Shown here in pieces: positions 17,556 through 29,692 of a stretch of 49,084 bases of DNA. A model generated the notes under the pieces. That model was not told the origin of the DNA, made no database searches, and saw only the letters and a list, made by a program, of their open reading frames with translations. The DNA lies in the NCBI GenBank assembly GCA_045531235.1, contig JAZSDQ010000045.1, positions 1-49,084 of the forward strand. Reading direction: 5' to 3'. Position 1 is the stretch's first letter. Each line of letters begins with the position of its first letter. This stretch comes from Eubacteriales bacterium (GTDB lineage: Bacteria > Bacillota > Clostridia > Oscillospirales > SIG627). Both the position numbers and the translations under genes were made by a program.

Positions 17556-18122
17556 ATGCAATTGTATCACAAAATGACCATTGCAGGGCTGGAGAGAGCC
17601 CTCCCTATTTGTCCTTTAAACGAAAATCTTTCCATTGCAGGCTTTGTAATTTTCGGTGACCCCGATCTTACCGTCGCTTGCGCCGAAAAGCTTTTGGAGA
17701 AGGTAAAGGATATTGAATTTGACTACCTTTTCGCTCCCGAAGCAAAAGCCATTCCCTTGATCCACGAAATGGCAAGGCAGAGCGGCAGAAAAGAATACCT
17801 TTTGGCAAGAAAAAATCCCAAGCTTTATATGACGGGAGTTTTCAAGCACACGTTCCGCTCGATCACTACGGCAAAAGAGCAAACTTTGTATCTTGATACT
17901 GCCGACGTTGAAAAAATGAAAGGAAAGAAGATCCTCTTGATCGACGACGTTATCTCCACAGGTGCATCCTTGGAAGCTATGGAATCCCTGGTAGAAAAAG
18001 CCGGCGGCAGCGTTGCAGGGAAATGTGCCATTCTTGCAGAGGGTGATGCGCAAAATCGCTCGGATATTATTTATTTGGAAAAGCTTCCCCTGTTTAACAA
18101 CAAGGGTGAAATCATCGCTTAA
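17556..18122 (+). CDS. Type I phosphoribosyltransferase (adenine/purine PRT-like)
   Basis: EAKAIPL; LARK; PRPP-binding LLIDDVISTGAS; start at ATG 17556 after GGAG. Confidence 0.88.
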   Translation: MQLYHKMTIAGLERALPICPLNENLSIAGFVIFGDPDLTVACAEKLLEKVKDIEFDYLFAPEAKAIPLIHEMARQSGRKEYLLARKNPKLYMTGVFKHTFRSITTAKEQTLYLDTADVEKMKGKKILLIDDVISTGASLEAMESLVEKAGGSVAGKCAILAEGDAQNRSDIIYLEKLPLFNNKGEIIA

Positions 18123-18130
18123 GTTTTGTC

Positions 18131-18160
18131 ACAGATCCCCTAAATGGGGATCTGTTTTTT
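18131..18160 (+). terminator. Intrinsic terminator
   Basis: ACAGATCCCC-TAAAT-GGGGATCTGT followed by a T-run. Confidence 0.85.
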
Positions 18161-18175
18161 GAGAAAGGACTATTC

Positions 18176-19915
18176 ATGCTAAAACGTTTTTTAGAGTACT
18201 ATAAGCCACACAAAAAGATCTTTCTTTTGGATATGCTCGCTTCATTGATGGTGGCTCTTGTAGGCGTGGTTTACCCCATGGTAACCCGTACCATGCTCAA
18301 CGATCTGATTCCCAATCAAAACTGGAGAATGATCGTTGTTTTCGGTCTCTGCTTGCTTGCTCTGTATTTTATCCGTATGCTTTTGAATTTCTTCATTCAG
18401 TACCAAGGCCATATTATGGGTGTAAGAATGCAGGCAGAAATGCGCAGTCAGCTGTTTTCACACCTTGAAAGGCTGAGCTTTTCCTTTTTCGATAGCAATG
18501 AAACGGGAAAGATTATGTCAAGACTAACCAACGATCTGAAAGATATTTCCGAGCTCGCTCACCACGGCCCCGAAAACGTTCTCATTTGTTCCATCTCTAT
18601 CATCGTTTCCTTTACCTATCTTTCCACTATTGAATGGCGCCTGGCGCTGATCGTTTTCTGCTGCGTTCCCCTTCTCGTTCTGGTTTCCGCTTTCACACGC
18701 TTAAAAATGCGCGATGCTTTTCAGAGAAACCGAGAGGCCATGGCAAAGATCAACGGTGCTTTGCAAAGCAGTATTGCAGGAATCCGCGTTACGAAAGCAT
18801 TTACCAATGCAGAGAAAGAGCAGGAAAAATTTGAAGAAGGCAACGTAGATTTCATTACGTCCAGCCGTGATGCTTACCACGCTATGGGTGTATTCCACTC
18901 AGCTACCAGCTTTATTACCGACGTGTTTAACGTAGTCGTGCTCATTGCAGGCGGTATATTTATGTATAACGGCAAGATCACTTTTGCCGATTACTCCGCC
19001 TTTATCGTTTCCATCAATTTGTTTTTAAACCCTGTCAATACTTTAATCCGCTTTATGGAGCAGTTCCAAAACGGCGTAGCAGGCTTTGAGCGTTTTCTGC
19101 AGATTCTTGATACCACTCCCGAGGAGGATGCCCCCTATGCCGAGGACGCAGGCACGCTCTCCGGCAACATTGAATTCCGCGGCGTTGTCAGCGCTTACGA
19201 AGAAGGAACAGACGTATTACAGGGCATTGATCTGACCGTAGGAAAAGGAAAAACCTTTGCTCTTGTAGGTCCCAGCGGCGGCGGTAAAACCACCATTTGC
19301 CATTTGATCCCTAATTTTTATCCCATTCGGGAAGGTCAGATTCTTCTCGACGGCAAGGATCTTTCAAAGCTTACCCGTGAATCTGTGCGGAGAAACATCG
19401 GTATCGTTCAGCAGGACGTATATCTCTTTAACGCATCCATTCGTGACAATATTCTTTACGGCAGGCTGGACGCCACCGACGAGGAAGTCATTGCGGCGGC
19501 AAAGCTTGCCAATATCCACGATTTCGTTATGAGCCTTGATATGGGCTACGATACGGTTATCGGTGAACGGGGCGTAAGGCTCTCCGGCGGCCAGAAGCAA
19601 AGACTTTGCATTGCCAGAGTATTTTTGAAGAATCCTCCCATTCTCATTCTTGATGAAGCAACGAGCGCGCTGGATAACACAACGGAAATTCTCATTCAAA
19701 AGGCGCTGGATAAGCTCTGTCAAGGCAGAACCACACTTGTGGTAGCACACCGACTTTCCACCATTAAAAATGCCGATGAGATTGCCGTGATCTCCAAGGG
19801 AAAAATCCTGGAGCAAGGCGACCACGAAACCCTTCTTGCCAATGACGGAATGTATAAACGGCTGTACGAGCAGCAATTCCGTGATGATATCGAACCTGTA
19901 ACCGAAGAACTGTAG
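18176..19915 (+). CDS. ABC exporter, fused TMD-NBD (MsbA/MdlAB-like)
   Basis: Hydrophobic N-half; GPSGGGKT, LSGGQKQR, ILDEATSALD, AHRLSTI. Confidence 0.95.
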   Translation: MLKRFLEYYKPHKKIFLLDMLASLMVALVGVVYPMVTRTMLNDLIPNQNWRMIVVFGLCLLALYFIRMLLNFFIQYQGHIMGVRMQAEMRSQLFSHLERLSFSFFDSNETGKIMSRLTNDLKDISELAHHGPENVLICSISIIVSFTYLSTIEWRLALIVFCCVPLLVLVSAFTRLKMRDAFQRNREAMAKINGALQSSIAGIRVTKAFTNAEKEQEKFEEGNVDFITSSRDAYHAMGVFHSATSFITDVFNVVVLIAGGIFMYNGKITFADYSAFIVSINLFLNPVNTLIRFMEQFQNGVAGFERFLQILDTTPEEDAPYAEDAGTLSGNIEFRGVVSAYEEGTDVLQGIDLTVGKGKTFALVGPSGGGKTTICHLIPNFYPIREGQILLDGKDLSKLTRESVRRNIGIVQQDVYLFNASIRDNILYGRLDATDEEVIAAAKLANIHDFVMSLDMGYDTVIGERGVRLSGGQKQRLCIARVFLKNPPILILDEATSALDNTTEILIQKALDKLCQGRTTLVVAHRLSTIKNADEIAVISKGKILEQGDHETLLANDGMYKRLYEQQFRDDIEPVTEEL

Positions 19916-19917
19916 TG

Positions 19918-19950
19918 AAAAAAGAAGTCTCGTTTGAGGCTTCTTTTTTT
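19918..19950. terminator. Bidirectional intrinsic terminator
   Basis: AAAAAAGAAGTCTC-GTTT-GAGGCTTCTTTTTT between convergent genes. Confidence 0.8.
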
Positions 19951-21121
19951 ATTTCTTTTTAAAGTCTTTTTTAGGGCGGAAGGGGTGATCCTTTTCCACG
20001 GGAGGCTTATAGAATTGATAGTAAAAGCATTTGAGCATACCATTATAAAGTTTACGGACGTTATCTGCTCTTCGGCCGTAGTGGCGCTGGAATTCTTCAT
20101 CGCTTGTTATGACGTAGATCTGCCAACGGTCAAGCTTTTTCCAATGGCCGCCCATAGCGGAATACAGGCGGTATACTTCCTCTCGGCTGTCAAGACGTTC
20201 ACCGTAAGGAGGATTACAGACGATGGTGCCCCGCCTTCCGTGAGTTTCAATCCCCAGTGCATTTTTGGGGAAGAAGCGGATACGGTCGGCAACTCCCGCA
20301 TTTTCTGCATTGATCTTTGCCATTGCTACCATATTGGGATCAATATCACTGGCAAAAGCTTCAAAGGAAGTGTTTTTTCTCAAGTCCTTTGCTTCCTCGC
20401 GGGCTTCTGTCCAAATAGATTCGGGAAGATCTAAAAACTCTTCGCCGAGAAAACGGCGGAAAGAGCCGGGCGCGATATTCTGCATCATAAGAGTCGCTTC
20501 AATGGGGATCGTTCCACTGCCGCAAAAAGGATCCCAGAAAAGGACGTCTTCTCTCGGACGGGCAATGCGGCAAAGGGCAGCAGCAAGCGTTTCGCGAATG
20601 GGCGCTTCGCCTGTATTTTTCCGATACCCTCTCTGATAAAGGGGCGCGCCTGAGGTATCGATTAAAAGCGTGGCTTTGTCATTGAGAATAAAGAACTCGA
20701 TCTGCATACGGGTTCCCTCTTCCGTAAACCACGTTTCTCCGTATTCTGCGGAAAGGCGGTCCACCACCGCTTTTTTCACAATGCTTTGGCAATCGGGAAG
20801 GCTTTTTAATTCCGAGCGTACCGAGTGGCCTTTCACGGGAAAGGCATCGTCGGGACCGATCCACCGTTCCCAAGGAAGGGCTTTTACTCCCTGAAAGAGT
20901 TCTTCAAAGCTACGGGCAGAAAATTCCCCCATTTTAATAAAAACACGCTCGGCAAAACGAAGCCAAAGATTGGCTCTGGCAATGGCAGAAAGGGGGCCGC
21001 GGAAGGTAATTCTTCCGTCAATGGTTTCTACCCTCTCGTAGCCGAGAGAATCAATTTCTTCGCCCACGAATTTTTCCAAGCCGAAAAGGCATGTCGCCAC
21101 AAGTTCGATCTGTTCTTCCAT
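19949..21121 (-). CDS. THUMP-domain class I SAM-dependent RNA methyltransferase (RlmL/YpsC-like)
   Basis: ATCLFGLE; NLWLR.AERV; DTSG..L..RGYR; APIRETLAAAL; DPFCGSGTIPIEA; NPPYGER. Confidence 0.93.
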   Translation of the reverse strand: MEEQIELVATCLFGLEKFVGEEIDSLGYERVETIDGRITFRGPLSAIARANLWLRFAERVFIKMGEFSARSFEELFQGVKALPWERWIGPDDAFPVKGHSVRSELKSLPDCQSIVKKAVVDRLSAEYGETWFTEEGTRMQIEFFILNDKATLLIDTSGAPLYQRGYRKNTGEAPIRETLAAALCRIARPREDVLFWDPFCGSGTIPIEATLMMQNIAPGSFRRFLGEEFLDLPESIWTEAREEAKDLRKNTSFEAFASDIDPNMVAMAKINAENAGVADRIRFFPKNALGIETHGRRGTIVCNPPYGERLDSREEVYRLYSAMGGHWKKLDRWQIYVITSDEEFQRHYGRRADNVRKLYNGMLKCFYYQFYKPPVEKDHPFRPKKDFKKK

Positions 21122-21129
21122 ACTTCTCC

Positions 21130-22985
<1,856 letters not shown>

Positions 22986-23001
22986 TTTTCTCTCCGAAAG
23001 G

Positions 23002-23030
23002 TTGAATTCCGTATCTTTTTATGCTATAAT
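23002..23030 (+). promoter_or_regulatory. Sigma-A promoter for the dnaE operon
   Basis: TTGAAT-17 nt-TATAAT with TG extension. Confidence 0.7.
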
Positions 23031-23067
23031 TTATTGTGTTGAGTTATACGTTTTAAATTTACATGCC

Positions 23068-23096
23068 ATTATAGTATAAAAAATCTATTCTGTCAA
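23068..23096 (-). promoter_or_regulatory. Consensus sigma-A promoter for thioesterase-tgt-methyltransferase operon
   Basis: Perfect TTGACA-17 nt-TATAAT on the minus strand. Confidence 0.8.
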
Positions 23097-23106
23097 AGGA
23101 ATTCCT

Positions 23107-26100
23107 ATGGAAAATAAGGATTTTGCCCATCTTCATTTACACACGGAATATTCACTCTTAGACGGCGCGGTACGCATCGACCGTCTTTTCCGTCGTGCCA
23201 AGGAATTGGGACAAAAATCCGTAGCCATTACCGATCACGGTGTAATGTACGGTGCCATTGCTTTCTATCAGGCGGCGAAAAAAGAAGGAATTCATCCCGT
23301 TATCGGGTGCGAGGTATATGTAGCTCCGAGAAAGCTGACAGACAAAGAGCCTCAGGACAGAGAGTATTATCACCTGGTACTGCTTTGCGAAAACATGACC
23401 GGCTATGAAAATTTGATGACCTTGGTCAGCACCTCCTTTACGGAAGGCTTTTACCAGAAACCAAGAATTGATACAGAGCTTCTGCAAAAGCATCACGAAG
23501 GGCTGATTGCTCTTTCCGCCTGCCTTGCAGGCAAGATTCCTCAATTGATCCTGGCAGGTAATATTGACGGCGCCAAAGCAGAAGCAAAAGTCCTTTCCGA
23601 AATTTTTGGTGAGAATCATTTTTACCTGGAGCTTCAGGATCACAACATTCCCGATCAGCTTCGGGTAAATTCCGCGCTGATTTCCATTTCCGAGGAGCTA
23701 GGGCTTCCTCTTGTTGCTACCAACGACGTTCACTATCTCAACCGTGAAGATGCCAAAAGCCACGATATTCTCCTTTGCATTCAAACGGGAAAAACCTTGC
23801 AAGACGAAGATCGTATGCGCTTTGAAACGGAGGAGTTTTACCTAAAATCCACTGAGGAAATGGTGGCTCTTTTCCCCAAACACCCCGAAGCAATTTCCAA
23901 TTCCGCAAAAATTGCAGAGCGCTGTCAGGTGGATTTTGACTTTACTTCCGCCCATCTTCCCTCTTTTAAAAACGATTCCGGCCTTTCTTCTCCCGTGTAT
24001 TTGAAAAAGCTTTGCCTTGAGGGCTTAAACAAGAGATTCGAGGAAAACGGGATCTCTGACAGAAAACCCTATGAAGAAAGACTAAGCTACGAGCTTGAAA
24101 CCGTGGAGAATATGGGCTTTTGCGACTATTTTCTCATCGTTGCGGATTTTGTATCCTTCGCCAAGAAAAGCGGTATCTACGTAGGCCCCGGACGAGGCAG
24201 CGGTGCAGGCAGTCTTGCAGCCTGGTGTCTTGATATTACGGAGCTTGACCCTTTAAAAAATCAACTTATCTTTGAGCGTTTTCTCAACCCCGAGCGAATC
24301 TCCATGCCCGACTTTGATATTGACTTTTGCATGGAGCGCCGCCACGAGGTCATTGAATACGTTACGGAGAAATACGGAAAGGATCACGTGGCGCAGATCG
24401 TAACCTTTTCCACCATGGCGGCGCGCGCGGCAGTTCGTGACGTGGGTCGCGTGATGGGTATTCCTTACGGTGACGTGGACAAGATCGTAAAAAAGATTCC
24501 TCGCTTTTTGGATATGACCATAGAAAAAGCATTGGCGGGTGATGAAAGTCTTCGCGCCATGTGCCAAAGCGGTCAGGAAAAAGAGCTGATCGATATTGCC
24601 AAAAGTCTGGAAGGGATGCCGAGAAATGCATCCATTCACGCTGCAGGCGTGGTGCTGACGGATAAGCCCGTAGACCATTACGTGCCACTTGCAACTTCCG
24701 GCGGGATCAAAGTCACCCAGTTCACTATGAACGAACTCGCCGACCTTGGCCTTTTAAAGATCGACTTTCTTGGCTTAAGGTATCTGACCATTATCCGCGA
24801 TGCTGTGGAAGAAGTCCGAAGAAAACAGCCGGAATTTGATATTCATTCCATTCCTCTTGACGATAAGGAAACCTTTGAAATGATCTCTCGCGGAGAAACT
24901 GCAGGAATGTTTCAGATCGAATCTTCGGGGATGAAAGCGCTGATGCTTCAGATCAAGCCTGAAAGCCTTGATGATATTACTGCTGCCATTGCCCTTTACC
25001 GCCCGGGCCCCAAGGACTCCATTCCCCGCTTTTTGGAAAACAGAACAAACGGAGTTACAAGCCATAAGGTAAGCGAAATCAATGAAATTGTATCCTATAC
25101 CCACGGTTGTATCGTGTATCAGGAACAGGTTATGGAAATCTTCCGAAAGCTTGCAGGCTATTCCTTTGGCAGAGCCGATATTGTTCGCAAAGCCATGTCA
25201 AAAAAGAATCAGACTGTTCTGGCGCAAGAAAAAGAAATTTTTCTTCACGGATTAAAAAAAGCAGACGGTTCTTTGGAATGTGAAGGCGCATTGGCAAGAG
25301 GGATCTCCTCTGCAAATGCTGAGGCTATCTGGAGCGAAATGGATCAATTCGGCAAATACGCCTTCAACAAATCCCACGCAGCAGCTTACGCTCTTTTAAG
25401 CTATCGCACGGCGTATTTGAAGTGCAAGTATCCCAAGGAATACATGGCCGCTATTTTGACAAGCCAATTGGACAGCGATAAGTACGCTTATTATTTCAGC
25501 GAATGTCAAAGAATGGGCATTACCATACTTCCTCCCGATATTAACGAAAGCCGCCTTTCCTTCTCCGTTGCTCAAAACGCTTTGCGCTTCGGACTGGTTG
25601 GCGTGAAAAATGTGGGAGAAGGCTTGATCGAACACATTTTCCGCGAAAGAAGCAAAATACCTTTCCACTCTTTCCGCGATTTTGCTGAGCGCATGCGCCC
25701 TCACGGGCTGAACAAAAAGGCTTTGGAAAGTCTGATCTTATCGGGCGCCTTAGATTCTTTCGGCATCAGCCGCGCAAAGCTTATCGCAGCAAGCGATGTC
25801 ACCCTTGCTACCGTCGGCATGGCGCAGAGAAGCGTTATGCCCGGGCAAATGAGTCTGTTTGATGCAGCAGAAAGCATACAGACCCAAACAAAAGACGAAG
25901 AATTTCCCGACATTCCCGATTTTACGGAAAAAGAACGCTTACACGGTGAAAAAGCGTCCTGCGGTGTGTATTTTTCCGGTCATCCACTGAAGGACTTAGC
26001 GTCTATTGCAAAGAAAATCGGCGCTGTGGATATCCTTTCTTTCCGAACGGAAACGGATTCCTTCCGCGATGGAGATAAAGTGGCACTGCTTTGCCTTGTC

Positions 26101-26619
26101 AGTCACGTGACCTTAAAACAGGTACGCAGCGGTGGGAAGATGGCTTTTGTGCAAGTGGAAGACCAAACGGGAATGTGCGAGGTCATCGTATTTCCCAAAG
26201 CGCTTTCCAGATTTTCTCCCCTATTGGAAGAAGACAGAGTCGTAGCGATTTTCGGCACTGTCAATACCAAAGATGAGGAGATTAAAATTCTTGCCGACGA
26301 GATCCTCTCTGAAAAGGATGCGGCAAGCCACGCCCCCGTAACAAAAAATGAGAGCAACACGCCTCTTGAAAAAAGCAAAAAAAACTTAAATTTTCAGTCT
26401 GTTTCCAAAATATTCTTGCGTTTCCCCACAAAAGAGAGTAAAATAGAAAAGAGAGTGGTGGCATTGCTTCGCATTTTCCCAGGGAATACCCCCTGCCTGT
26501 TTTATTATCGGGACACGGAGAAACTTTTCCGTGCAGACGCCCTCTCCGTTCAGCTCACCCTCACCGTTTATCGGGAATTGATTGAAATTCTGGGGGAAGA
26601 AAACGTTGTATTGAAATAG
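23107..26619 (+). CDS. dnaE: DNA polymerase III alpha subunit (DnaE)
   Basis: PHP domain HLHLHTEYSLLDG/TDHG; GPGRGSGAGS; RISMPDFDIDF; KIDFLGL; YAFNKSHAAAY; OB fold. Confidence 0.99.
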   Translation: MENKDFAHLHLHTEYSLLDGAVRIDRLFRRAKELGQKSVAITDHGVMYGAIAFYQAAKKEGIHPVIGCEVYVAPRKLTDKEPQDREYYHLVLLCENMTGYENLMTLVSTSFTEGFYQKPRIDTELLQKHHEGLIALSACLAGKIPQLILAGNIDGAKAEAKVLSEIFGENHFYLELQDHNIPDQLRVNSALISISEELGLPLVATNDVHYLNREDAKSHDILLCIQTGKTLQDEDRMRFETEEFYLKSTEEMVALFPKHPEAISNSAKIAERCQVDFDFTSAHLPSFKNDSGLSSPVYLKKLCLEGLNKRFEENGISDRKPYEERLSYELETVENMGFCDYFLIVADFVSFAKKSGIYVGPGRGSGAGSLAAWCLDITELDPLKNQLIFERFLNPERISMPDFDIDFCMERRHEVIEYVTEKYGKDHVAQIVTFSTMAARAAVRDVGRVMGIPYGDVDKIVKKIPRFLDMTIEKALAGDESLRAMCQSGQEKELIDIAKSLEGMPRNASIHAAGVVLTDKPVDHYVPLATSGGIKVTQFTMNELADLGLLKIDFLGLRYLTIIRDAVEEVRRKQPEFDIHSIPLDDKETFEMISRGETAGMFQIESSGMKALMLQIKPESLDDITAAIALYRPGPKDSIPRFLENRTNGVTSHKVSEINEIVSYTHGCIVYQEQVMEIFRKLAGYSFGRADIVRKAMSKKNQTVLAQEKEIFLHGLKKADGSLECEGALARGISSANAEAIWSEMDQFGKYAFNKSHAAAYALLSYRTAYLKCKYPKEYMAAILTSQLDSDKYAYYFSECQRMGITILPPDINESRLSFSVAQNALRFGLVGVKNVGEGLIEHIFRERSKIPFHSFRDFAERMRPHGLNKKALESLILSGALDSFGISRAKLIAASDVTLATVGMAQRSVMPGQMSLFDAAESIQTQTKDEEFPDIPDFTEKERLHGEKASCGVYFSGHPLKDLASIAKKIGAVDILSFRTETDSFRDGDKVALLCLVSHVTLKQVRSGGKMAFVQVEDQTGMCEVIVFPKALSRFSPLLEEDRVVAIFGTVNTKDEEIKILADEILSEKDAASHAPVTKNESNTPLEKSKKNLNFQSVSKIFLRFPTKESKIEKRVVALLRIFPGNTPCLFYYRDTEKLFRADALSVQLTLTVYRELIEILGEENVVLK

Positions 26620-26663
26620 CTTTTCATCTACGTCTCACACAGAACACGTGACGAGGAGAAATT

Positions 26664-29219
26664 ATGAAACAAAACGAACCCAAGAAACCGTTACCGTCGA
26701 AAGAAAACTCTGCAAAAAGCAACACAACGATCGGCGAAAGTAAAAAGAACACCGTATTTGCTTCCGCAAGCAAACGAGTTGTTTTTACCCTTTCCAAATA
26801 CACGGGAAAAATCGTAACATACGCTCTGAATATCGTTTTGACTCTGCTTTTGATCGGTATCATTACAGGATCTGCCATGGCCTGTGCTTTGGTGGTTTAT
26901 ATCAAGAATTACGTAGACCCCGTATATGACATAGATAATTTAAAGTACGACTCCAGCCTTACCACGTCGATCTACTATCAAGAGAAAGCCGCTGACGGCA
27001 GTATTCAATGGGTAGAGTGGGAGGAAGAGCGCCTTTACGGAACGGAAAACCGTATGTGGGTCTCCTACGAGGAAATGCCCGAGGATCTTATCAATGCTTT
27101 CGTTTCCATTGAGGACAAGCGTTTCTTTACTCACGACGGCATTGATATCCGCCGTACCACAGGCGCCGTTCTTGGTTTTCTTTCCGGAAACGACAGCTAC
27201 GGCGGTTCCACCATCACCCAGCAGCTGATCAAAAACGTTACCGGTGAAGACGACGTCACCATTCAGCGAAAGATCCAGGAGATTTTGCGCGCTTTGAACC
27301 TTGAGAGCAAGCGTTCCAAGCAGGAAATTTTGGAAATGTACCTGAATACCATCTATCTTGCCAAGGGCTGCTACGGTGTTTCTGCCGCGGCATATCAGTA
27401 CTTTGGAAAAGAAGTATCCGAGCTTACTTTGGTGGAATGTGCTTCCCTTGCCTCCATTCCGCAAAACCCATCCAAATGGAATCCCATCTCCAATCCCGAC
27501 AAGAACGAAGAAAGACGCTGGACGGTATTGGAGGAAATGTACAAAAATACTGACATAGAAAAAACCTACACTTTAGAGGAAATCCGTGCTGCGCAAGAAG
27601 AAACCCTTGTATTAAAACAAGGATCAGATGATCAAACGGGAAGCACGGTGCACAGTTGGTTTGTAGATACCTTGATTTTTGATGTTATCAAAGATCTCCA
27701 GGAAACCTATAACTATGACGAGCAAACAGCAAAGAACCTCCTTTACAGCGGCGGTCTTCAGATCTATTGCACCATTGACCGCAACATTCAGGGAAAGCTT
27801 GATGCCATTTATCAAGACGATGCCAACTTCCCTTCTCACGGTAGCGGTGTGCAGGTAGAATCTGCCATGACCATTATGGACCACACAAACGGCAACGTTG
27901 TTGCCATTATAGGCGGCAGAGGCGTTAAGGATACGCCCCTTGGATTTAACCGAGCAACGATGGCACAACGCCAGCCCGGTTCCTCTATCAAGCCTTTGTC
28001 CGCGTATTCCGTTGCCATTGAAAAAGGACTGATCAATTACTCCACGGTACTTGACGATACTCCCTTTGTTTTTGATAAGGAAAAGAATGAGTATTGGCCC
28101 AGCAACTGGAACAGCACGTACGAAGGCCTGGTTACGGTCGCCGAATCCGTCAGAGAATCCAAAAACACCTCAGCAGTTAAAGTGGTAGACCTTTTAGGCA
28201 CAAAAACTTCTTACGATTACCTTGCAAATAAATACCGCCTGTCTACTCTCATCAAGGCAGATATGGACTACGCACCTTTAGCTCTCGGCGGTTTTACCAA
28301 CGGTGTATACAACCGCGATATGTGCGCGGCCTACGCCGCTATTGCCAACAACGGCGTTTACAACGAGCCGAAAACCTATACCAAGGTATTGGATTCCAGC
28401 GGAAACGTCATTCTTGACGGAGCATCAAAGACACGCGAGGTCATCCTCAGCGAAGATACCTGTGCAGTCACCACAAAATTGTTGCAAGAGGTTGTCAACG
28501 TTTCTACCGGTACCGGTTACAGCGGCATCACCCTTCGCACAAAAATTGATGTTGCAGGTAAAACAGGTACCACCCAGAACGATATGGACCTTTATTTCTG
28601 CGGCTACACTCCTTACTACACTGCCGCTTGTTGGGCAGGCTACGATACACCAAAGACGCTGGATAACTTCAAATCGGGCCAAACGAAAGTAAGAGCCGCA
28701 ACCTTCCTTTGGAATGCAGTAATGACTGCAATTCACGAAGATATCATTGCCGCAGGGAATGTAAAGACCTTCTCGGAAAATCTGACGAAGAATCTTGTCA
28801 CACAAACCTACTGCAAAGATTCCGGACTTTTGGCCGGCCCCAACTGCGCTTTGGACCTTCGCGGAAATCGCACGGCAACGGGATACTACACGATGTCCAC
28901 CCTTCCCAATTCTACTTGTGATTGCCACGTAGCCGTTTCCTACTGTGCAGATACGAACTGTGTGGCAGGCCCCAATTGCACCAATGTAAAGACCGTTTCT
29001 CTCATTGATGTCAAGCGCTCATACCCAGTTGCCATCAAGGTGGCAGATGCGCAGTACACCTTCGTTTCCATTGCAGATGACGTGCTTCGTCCCAGCAATG
29101 CTGCATACGCTTATTACACCTACGCCATTCCCGAAGGAGAATTTACGCCCACTTCCGGCGCAAACAAAGCAGCCAATGCTTTCTGCGCTGCCCACAACCC
29201 CGAAATGTGTAAAAGCTGA
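26664..29219 (+). CDS. Class A penicillin-binding protein (PBP1A family)
   Basis: TM anchor; transglycosylase EDKRFFTHDG, GGSTITQQL, RKIQE; transpeptidase SSIK, SKN, KTG; Cys-rich C-terminus. Confidence 0.96.
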   Translation: MKQNEPKKPLPSKENSAKSNTTIGESKKNTVFASASKRVVFTLSKYTGKIVTYALNIVLTLLLIGIITGSAMACALVVYIKNYVDPVYDIDNLKYDSSLTTSIYYQEKAADGSIQWVEWEEERLYGTENRMWVSYEEMPEDLINAFVSIEDKRFFTHDGIDIRRTTGAVLGFLSGNDSYGGSTITQQLIKNVTGEDDVTIQRKIQEILRALNLESKRSKQEILEMYLNTIYLAKGCYGVSAAAYQYFGKEVSELTLVECASLASIPQNPSKWNPISNPDKNEERRWTVLEEMYKNTDIEKTYTLEEIRAAQEETLVLKQGSDDQTGSTVHSWFVDTLIFDVIKDLQETYNYDEQTAKNLLYSGGLQIYCTIDRNIQGKLDAIYQDDANFPSHGSGVQVESAMTIMDHTNGNVVAIIGGRGVKDTPLGFNRATMAQRQPGSSIKPLSAYSVAIEKGLINYSTVLDDTPFVFDKEKNEYWPSNWNSTYEGLVTVAESVRESKNTSAVKVVDLLGTKTSYDYLANKYRLSTLIKADMDYAPLALGGFTNGVYNRDMCAAYAAIANNGVYNEPKTYTKVLDSSGNVILDGASKTREVILSEDTCAVTTKLLQEVVNVSTGTGYSGITLRTKIDVAGKTGTTQNDMDLYFCGYTPYYTAACWAGYDTPKTLDNFKSGQTKVRAATFLWNAVMTAIHEDIIAAGNVKTFSENLTKNLVTQTYCKDSGLLAGPNCALDLRGNRTATGYYTMSTLPNSTCDCHVAVSYCADTNCVAGPNCTNVKTVSLIDVKRSYPVAIKVADAQYTFVSIADDVLRPSNAAYAYYTYAIPEGEFTPTSGANKAANAFCAAHNPEMCKS

Positions 29220-29692
29220 TGACACGGGATGAATTTTTTATGAGGGCTGCCCTGAAAGAAGCGGAAAAAGCTGCTTTGGAAGGCGAAGTCCCCATTGGAT
29301 GCGTGATCGTAAAAGACGATAAGATCATTGCTCGTGGAAGAAATGCACGGGAAACGAAGAAAAATGCGCTTCTTCACGCCGAAACAGTTGCCATCGGAAA
29401 GGCTTGCAAAAAGCTTGGTGGCTGGCGGCTGTGGCAATGTGAGATGTATGTCACTTTGGAGCCTTGCCCTATGTGCTGTGGCGCTATTATCAATTCCAGA
29501 ATACGAAAAATAACCGTTGCAGCGAAAGACCCCAAGGCAGGAGCCATGGGAAGTGTTGTAGATCTCACAAAGTTTCCTTTTAACCATAAGCCTGAAATTT
29601 CCTTTGGTTTGATGGAGGAGGAATCCCGCACACTGCTTCAAGCATTTTTTTCAATGCTTCGCAACAAAAAAAAGAAAACAAAAACAGAGTAG
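29219..29692 (+). CDS. tadA: tRNA-specific adenosine deaminase
   Basis: EVPIGCVIV; HAE; VTLEPCPMC; DPKAGA. Confidence 0.95.
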   Translation: MTRDEFFMRAALKEAEKAALEGEVPIGCVIVKDDKIIARGRNARETKKNALLHAETVAIGKACKKLGGWRLWQCEMYVTLEPCPMCCGAIINSRIRKITVAAKDPKAGAMGSVVDLTKFPFNHKPEISFGLMEEESRTLLQAFFSMLRNKKKKTKTE

